A stretch of DNA of 64,000 nucleotides from an uncultured Candidatus Saccharibacteria bacterium (lineage in GTDB: Bacteria > Patescibacteriota > Minisyncoccia > Phycocordibacterales > JACOZG01), in contig CAZQDR010000001.1 in assembly GCA_964591715.1 (NCBI GenBank), positions 1,487-65,486 on the forward strand, read 5' to 3'. Below are positions 58,507-64,000 of the stretch, one piece after another. Below the pieces are notes generated by a model. The model saw nothing but the letters and a program-made list of their open reading frames with translations, was not told the DNA's origin and searched no databases. Each line of letters opens with the position of its first letter. Within the stretch, counting starts at the first letter, position 1. The position numbers and the translations under genes were made by a program.

Positions 58507-59193
58507 ATGGACGATTCTAGCATGTACCCAATGCGCATCAACCGCTACTTGGCCCTCCGTGGCCAGGCGACGCGACGCGCGGCCGACAAATTAATTGCCG
58601 CCGGCAAAGTGAGTATCAACGGCCGGATTGCCAAACTCGGCGACAAAGTTAATGCCAAAGATAAGGTTGAAATTGCCGAGCGGCCCGCTATTAAATATAC
58701 CTATTTGACCTATCACAAACCGGCTGGGGAACCGACCATGGAGCGCTATCTAGGCAAACTCTTCCCTCTCGGTCGACTCGACAAGGAGTCGCGCGGTCTA
58801 ATGATTTTGACCGATGACGGCCGCCTGACCGACCGCCTACTTAACCCTGACTACGATCACGAAAAGGAATATTTGGTCAGTGTCGATAAGCCACTCAAGG
58901 AAGGTGTTTTAAATCGCTTTGCCCGCGGCATGTTGATTGAGGGCGAGACCGACAAAACTCGTCCCGCCATTATTGATCAGGAGGATCAGTATGCTTTTCG
59001 CATTACTTTAACTGAAGGTAAGAAGCACCAAATCCGACGCATGTGCGCTGCTTGGGGCTACACTGTAACTGACCTGCTTCGCGTCCGGATTGCTAATGTG
59101 GAGTTAGAGAGTTTGGGCCAAGGAAAAACCCGCCCCATCGGCGGGCGGGTTTTGAACGAATTTTTAGCTTCGCTCCAACTACCTCCTAATTAA
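58507..59193 (+). CDS. RsuA/RluB/F-family pseudouridine synthase
   Basis: S4 domain; GRLDKESRGL; EGKKHQIRRM. Confidence 0.92.
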   Translation: MDDSSMYPMRINRYLALRGQATRRAADKLIAAGKVSINGRIAKLGDKVNAKDKVEIAERPAIKYTYLTYHKPAGEPTMERYLGKLFPLGRLDKESRGLMILTDDGRLTDRLLNPDYDHEKEYLVSVDKPLKEGVLNRFARGMLIEGETDKTRPAIIDQEDQYAFRITLTEGKKHQIRRMCAAWGYTVTDLLRVRIANVELESLGQGKTRPIGGRVLNEFLASLQLPPN

Positions 59194-59984
59194 TTGATCT
59201 CGTAGGTCAACATCACTGATACTGTCACTTCCTCTGACCCTGGTTGAATTGAAGGGGCAACTTGATTCGATACCGCACCAGCTCCACCCATACCATAGGC
59301 CACGGCGGACATCGCCTTGTCGTACATTGGCATCGGGTACATACCGTTCTCATTGATCGAGATTAAACGTCCAAGCTTAAAGTCACCAGCGCGAGCAATA
59401 CTCTCGGCCTTGGCCTTGGCCTTATCAATCGCTTCGGCCCGAGCCTCATTTTGGACTTCGGTCGGGTCATCAACGGTAAAGTTTAATTGCGAAACAGTGT
59501 TAGCCCCATTCTCTACCGCACCAGCCAGCATCGTGCCAACCTTAGCAAAATCGCGAGCCTTCACGGTTACCGTTTGCTGAACCGTGTAGCCGACGATCTC
59601 TGGTGGCGGACAAGTCTCGGCATAACCGCGATAACCACAGTTTGTGTTTTGATAACGAGGCGAGACGTTGTAACCGGCAGTCTTGATGTCCTTGTCGGCA
59701 ACACCCTGACTTTTGATATAAGCGATCGCCTTATTAACCTTGTCGGTATTGCTCTTTTGCAACGCTGCTAAATCTGCACCGCCTTCAGAGATAACGCTAA
59801 AGTTAAACTCAGCAATGTCTGGCACGGCAACGGCCTTGCCATCACCCGAGACGGAGAAGCTGCGATAACCACCTGGCTCAACCATGCGCGAATAAGTGCG
59901 AACATAAGCGACAGCTGACAGGGCTAATAATATAACGCTAATAATGACTGCCCAACCAACATAATTTTTCATTTTTTCGGTCAT
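59190..59984 (-). CDS. SIMPL (DUF541) domain protein
   Basis: VSGDGKAVAVPDIA...ARAEAIDKAKAKA...IQPGSEEV. Confidence 0.9.
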   Translation of the reverse strand: MTEKMKNYVGWAVIISVILLALSAVAYVRTYSRMVEPGGYRSFSVSGDGKAVAVPDIAEFNFSVISEGGADLAALQKSNTDKVNKAIAYIKSQGVADKDIKTAGYNVSPRYQNTNCGYRGYAETCPPPEIVGYTVQQTVTVKARDFAKVGTMLAGAVENGANTVSQLNFTVDDPTEVQNEARAEAIDKAKAKAESIARAGDFKLGRLISINENGMYPMPMYDKAMSAVAYGMGGAGAVSNQVAPSIQPGSEEVTVSVMLTYEIN

Positions 59985-59993
59985 AAGCTGATT

Positions 59994-60752
59994 TTACCCT
60001 AATCGGGCCTCCAAGCACAAGAAAAGCGGAAATTCCTTCCGGGCCACATCTTCAGCTCGCTGTCTAGGGCCGCGTTCGCTCGTTTTATGCGATGACCACT
60101 CCTCCAAACGCGTCACGGTCAAACCCGCATTTACCAAAAGCTTAAAATAATATTGTAACGGTCGATGGAAGGAGACCGTCATGGCCACCTCGCCCTTACC
60201 GGGATGCATATTGATACCCGTCTTCATTTCGGACATATAACGATCGAGTCGTCGGTATTGAATTTGGCGCTCCTCATCCCAACCCCAGCTCGAATTTTTA
60301 GGTAGGCGAAAGGCGGGATGATTCATAACAATAATAAATTTAGTCCCTGGTTTTAAAACGCGCTTCACTTCGGCAAAGACTTGCTTCACCTCCGCAATAT
60401 TTTGAATGGCTAAAATATTAGTCACCGCGTCAACACTGGCGCTCGGCAGCATCGACAGCTCGTGCGCCGGCGAAATAAAATAACTAATCCCCTGGCTCTC
60501 CTGCTTTTTGGCTAGATTAATTAACTCGGCCGAAATATCTACCCCTACCACTTCAGCCCCAGACTTAGCGAGCTCACGGGCGAAGAAACCGGTACCACAA
60601 GCCAAGTCCAAAATCCGTTGTCCCGCCTTGGGCTCAACTAGACGCAACAAGTTTGGCAAAATTACCTGACGCTGATAACTATCGGCGTCCGTCTCGAGCA
60701 GATTGTCATACCAATCCGCCACCTTCCCCCACGAGGTCTCGTTATTGGTCAT
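59994..60752 (-). CDS. class I SAM-dependent methyltransferase
   Basis: ILDLACGTG, VGVDIS. Confidence 0.9.
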   Translation of the reverse strand: MTNNETSWGKVADWYDNLLETDADSYQRQVILPNLLRLVEPKAGQRILDLACGTGFFARELAKSGAEVVGVDISAELINLAKKQESQGISYFISPAHELSMLPSASVDAVTNILAIQNIAEVKQVFAEVKRVLKPGTKFIIVMNHPAFRLPKNSSWGWDEERQIQYRRLDRYMSEMKTGINMHPGKGEVAMTVSFHRPLQYYFKLLVNAGLTVTRLEEWSSHKTSERGPRQRAEDVARKEFPLFLCLEARLG

Positions 60753-60761
60753 AAAAAATAA

Positions 60762-61979
60762 TTAAAAAGTAAATTGGCCGTTTTGGTAAATCACTTTCGG
60801 TGGACCTTTTTTAAAGTAAGCCGTCACCGTCCGCGGTGCGGTAGAGACGACGTCGGTGTGCACCGAGGAATCATTATAACCCAACTTGGCCCAAGTTTTT
60901 TTACTCACCTTGCTCGGATCACCAGCATAACAATCATGATAAGCACTGCCCAAGGCAATATGAGTGTTGCCATGCGGCCCACCCACGTTCTCGTCGAAAA
61001 GGGTCTCGCCCATAAACTTGGTAATTTGCGAAAAGCGCTTGTCGGTAAGCGAGAACTCGCCCACCTTGTCGGCATTAGCGGTAGCGATCATCTGTTTTAA
61101 AACTTTTTCGTTTTGCTTGGCTTTAGCTTTTACCACCAGACCTTTTTTAAATTCCAACTCAATACCAGTAATTAAGTTACCGTAGCGATAGAGCGGCTGA
61201 TTAAATTTAATCGAGCCTTCGGTGCCCCGCCAGTCTGGTGAGGTAAACAGTTCGAAGGACGGAATATTGCGGCCCGAGCCACCCATCCAGGCGCGCTTCT
61301 CCCCCAACTTGATCCACAAATTGGCGTCGGGACCCTCCACACGAAGCTTCTCGATCGCCATTTTATTTAGCTTCTGACGGTAACGTTCGAGCTCTTTGTA
61401 AACCGAGCGCCATTTCGCAATCGGGTCGGCCTCGTTTAAGTAGCAGGCTTTTATAATCTGTTGCCAATAGGCTTGGGGCGTAAGGCCCGCCACGGCGGCC
61501 ATTTGATCGGTACCATACAAGCCGACCGTCCAAGTAAATTTACCTCGATTCTCTTTATGATTGCGCCAGTCGAGATAGGGCTTTAGAGCCAGACCACGCT
61601 TCATAATTTTTTGCGGGTCGATGCCAGCGAGCGCCTGCTTATCCGTCTGACTATCAATAACTACTACGTGATCAATTTGATCAATCAACCCCTTCAAATA
61701 TTTACCGGGGAAGAAGTTAAGTTGCTCCTCCTCGGTGTAAAGATAAAATTCACGGTCAATATTAAAACGTTCATCGTTCTCGGGACGATAGTCGCTAATC
61801 ACGTGTCCGCCGGCGCGCCAGATGGCGCGCCGCAAATGCACAAACAGGGGCTTGGCCGACTCGTAACAGACCAGCTGAACCACCTCCCCTTTTTTAATTC
61901 CCTGGCCGCTACCCAGAGCAAAGTTAATTAAGACGTTAGCGTAACGCTCTAAGATTTTGGCTGACGGCTCGTACGACAT
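60762..61979 (-). CDS. M29 family aminopeptidase
   Basis: NIPSFELFTSP, GEFSL, LFDEN, HIALG, SVHTD. Confidence 0.9.
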   Translation of the reverse strand: MSYEPSAKILERYANVLINFALGSGQGIKKGEVVQLVCYESAKPLFVHLRRAIWRAGGHVISDYRPENDERFNIDREFYLYTEEEQLNFFPGKYLKGLIDQIDHVVVIDSQTDKQALAGIDPQKIMKRGLALKPYLDWRNHKENRGKFTWTVGLYGTDQMAAVAGLTPQAYWQQIIKACYLNEADPIAKWRSVYKELERYRQKLNKMAIEKLRVEGPDANLWIKLGEKRAWMGGSGRNIPSFELFTSPDWRGTEGSIKFNQPLYRYGNLITGIELEFKKGLVVKAKAKQNEKVLKQMIATANADKVGEFSLTDKRFSQITKFMGETLFDENVGGPHGNTHIALGSAYHDCYAGDPSKVSKKTWAKLGYNDSSVHTDVVSTAPRTVTAYFKKGPPKVIYQNGQFTF

Positions 61980-62021
61980 AGCCCAGACTATAGCACACTC
62001 ATGGATAGACGGTGAAGGCGG

Positions 62022-62498
62022 CTACTCCTTGCAGCACTCCGAGACCTCGCCCAACTCCTTGGCCTCAACCAGCTTAAGTTTTAGGGCCCAAAAAATACTA
62101 TACAACCGGTAAGCCTCGCCAAACAGCTCCACCGCCTTACCCGACTCACCCTCGTTTTGCTTTTTGGTCCCCGCCTCAATCAAGCGCATGGTGCTGGCCA
62201 AAAGATGTTTGGCCGCACACCAGGTCTCGCCCTCATGCTCGGGTAAAAGTTCGGCCATTAATTTTTTACGGATCGAGCGTACTTCCGCGAGCGTATCATA
62301 GTATTTGGGATCGTCAGTTTTGGCTCCCGTAAAAAAGAAGTGCTCTTCTAAACTAATTAAATTCATAACCGCCACCGAGAGATCCTCGGCAGTGGAGAGA
62401 TCAACGCCGGCCACCGACTGGGCCGCTCGCACGCGAGCTAAAAGTTCCTGTAAAGTTTGCGAATTTGTCCTCATGCTCCAGCTTGGCTGATTATTCAT
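62022..62498 (-). CDS. hypothetical helical protein
   Basis: 158-aa ORF, MNLISLEEHFFF...WCAAKHLL. Confidence 0.7.
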   Translation of the reverse strand: MNNQPSWSMRTNSQTLQELLARVRAAQSVAGVDLSTAEDLSVAVMNLISLEEHFFFTGAKTDDPKYYDTLAEVRSIRKKLMAELLPEHEGETWCAAKHLLASTMRLIEAGTKKQNEGESGKAVELFGEAYRLYSIFWALKLKLVEAKELGEVSECCKE

Positions 62499-62540
62499 CT
62501 TAGTGTATCACAGTGGTGATTATGAGATACTACTAGCAAT

Positions 62541-63422
62541 ATGGCTGAGTCTCCTTCCATCAACATAAATCCGATCGCCCGCTTCCAAGCCTATTTACGC
62601 ACGCTCTATGATATCCCCTTTGCCCCCGAGATTGCCGACCAAATTGATGCTGAGAAAAACTTTCGTGAGTTGGCCGGACCAGATGCCACCGACCGCTTGT
62701 ATTTGGCGCCACTCTATGAGGCTCGCTACAAAGGCGCCGACCGGATCCTGCGCCACTTTTTGGAACACCAGCCCATGCGCCAGGTCTTAGAGCTCGCCTC
62801 CGGTCTCTCGCCCCAAGGCCTCATGTACGCTCGCCAGTATTACCCGTTGACCTATGTTGAAACCGATCTGGCGCCAATGACGCAAATTAAAGCCCGTATC
62901 ATCAGGAGCTTAACCTCTCGCACCCCTAAAGGCCTCCACTTATTTAGCGCCAACTGTTTACAGCCCGAGGATTTACAGCGAACACTTGTTAAATTTAAAC
63001 CGGATCAACCGGTCATTATTTTCAATATCGGTCTCCTTAGCTTTTTGGCTGATGAGGAAAAGACCCGTCTGGCCGAGCAGATTCATAAAATTTTGGAGCG
63101 TTTTGGCGGTTACTGGATCACCCCCGACCCAGCGATGCACAACGAACGGCGGCGTGAGATTAGTAAAAACTTCCCTACCCACTTTATGATTGAACAAAAT
63201 CAATCCACGCCCGACGGACGCAGCTTTCAAGATAACGCCTTTGCCGACGAAGCCGCGGCCGATCGCTTCTTTGATGAGCTAGATTTTACCATCGAGAAAG
63301 AGCCCCAGCTCCAGGGCTACGAATTAAGTTCGCCCGCGAAACTAAAACTTGCACCCGAGGCGATTGTCCGCATTGAGGAAGACATTCGTCGCTTTGGTAA
63401 AGTTTGGATTTTGTCGGCGTAA
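62541..63422 (+). CDS. SAM-dependent methyltransferase-like protein (LCM/O-methyltransferase fold)
   Basis: QVLELASGLS, YVETDL, GLLSFL. Confidence 0.75.
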   Translation: MAESPSININPIARFQAYLRTLYDIPFAPEIADQIDAEKNFRELAGPDATDRLYLAPLYEARYKGADRILRHFLEHQPMRQVLELASGLSPQGLMYARQYYPLTYVETDLAPMTQIKARIIRSLTSRTPKGLHLFSANCLQPEDLQRTLVKFKPDQPVIIFNIGLLSFLADEEKTRLAEQIHKILERFGGYWITPDPAMHNERRREISKNFPTHFMIEQNQSTPDGRSFQDNAFADEAAADRFFDELDFTIEKEPQLQGYELSSPAKLKLAPEAIVRIEEDIRRFGKVWILSA

Positions 63423-63435
63423 GCAAGTAGCTACC

Positions 63436-64000
63436 CTACTTTTTTGCCGAATCGTTTTGGATTACCCGGACCGCCTCCTGGACGGTGGACATGAACTGGG
63501 CGGGAAAGATAATGGTGGAGTTCTTCTCAATGCTGATCTCGGCCATCGTTTGAAGCGTACGTAATTGCAACGCGACCGGGTGAGAAGCGATGATATCGGC
63601 GGCCTGGCCCAGTTTTACCGCTGCTTGGAACTCACCTTCGGCCGCGACAATTTTGGCGCGGCGCTCGCGCTCGGCCTCGGCCTCCTTGGCCATGGCGCGC
63701 TGCATGTTGTCGGGCAAGGTAATGTCTTTAATCTCAACCGCCGTCACTTGCGCGCCCCACGGCTCGGTGTGAGCATCAATCACGTCTTTAATCTTTAAAT
63801 TAATCTCGCCAGTCTGCGACAAGAGCTGGTCGAGCATAAACTGACCGACAACATTACGCACTGTCGTTTGGCTAATCTGATTTATGGCTTGATAAACATC
63901 CTCGATGGCTAAGACCGACTTTTTGGGATCAACAATGTGATAATAAGCCACCGCCGAAATATCAATTGAAACGTTATCTTTGGTGATAATCTTCTGCGAC
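63436..64000 (-). CDS. SPFH/slipin family protein, C-terminal part (runs off window)
   Basis: ITKDNVSI..., [24 protein letters not shown]. Confidence 0.9.
   Translation of the reverse strand, partial: SQKIITKDNVSIDISAVAYYHIVDPKKSVLAIEDVYQAINQISQTTVRNVVGQFMLDQLLSQTGEINLKIKDVIDAHTEPWGAQVTAVEIKDITLPDNMQRAMAKEAEAERERRAKIVAAEGEFQAAVKLGQAADIIASHPVALQLRTLQTMAEISIEKNSTIIFPAQFMSTVQEAVRVIQNDSAKK

Overview
A 64-kb chromosomal segment of a small-genome bacterium. Gene content and protein architecture are typical of Patescibacteria/CPR, probably Parcubacteria-like (inference). It is mostly housekeeping: rpoB 5' end, trmD/rpsP, rnr, smc/rnc/nusB, dnaE, thrS, gyrB, pheST, tsf/rpsB, prfA, a gap-rpiB-rpe-tkt-pfkB-fba sugar cluster, lemA/htpX, groESL, rnj, a UvrD-nuclease fusion, and tRNA-Thr(TGT) and tRNA-Ser(GGA). 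The standout locus is 6.7-9.4 kb. There a 408-aa IS110/Nop-related protein is flanked on both sides by 15 stem-loop units of the form stem-CGA-[9 nt]-TG-hairpin-CGA-[9 nt]-TG-stem, and all 30 nine-mers differ. This matches a stem-loop TIGR-Tas-like RNA-guided system. Unusual points are that three of four RuvC-like acidic residues appear substituted (probably nuclease-dead), that 12 units are organised as four copies of a three-unit cassette with fully rewritten spacers, and that one unit lies in the gene leader while another overlaps its stop codon. Secondary observations: a short SMC with no recognisable hinge, a NusB-Nudix fusion, a tRNA-Thr CCA overlapping the pheS start codon, a frameshifted rpsB, a Com-like Zn-ribbon-PAS/GAF island at tRNA-Ser, and apparently leaderless core genes contrasting with SD-led orphan genes.
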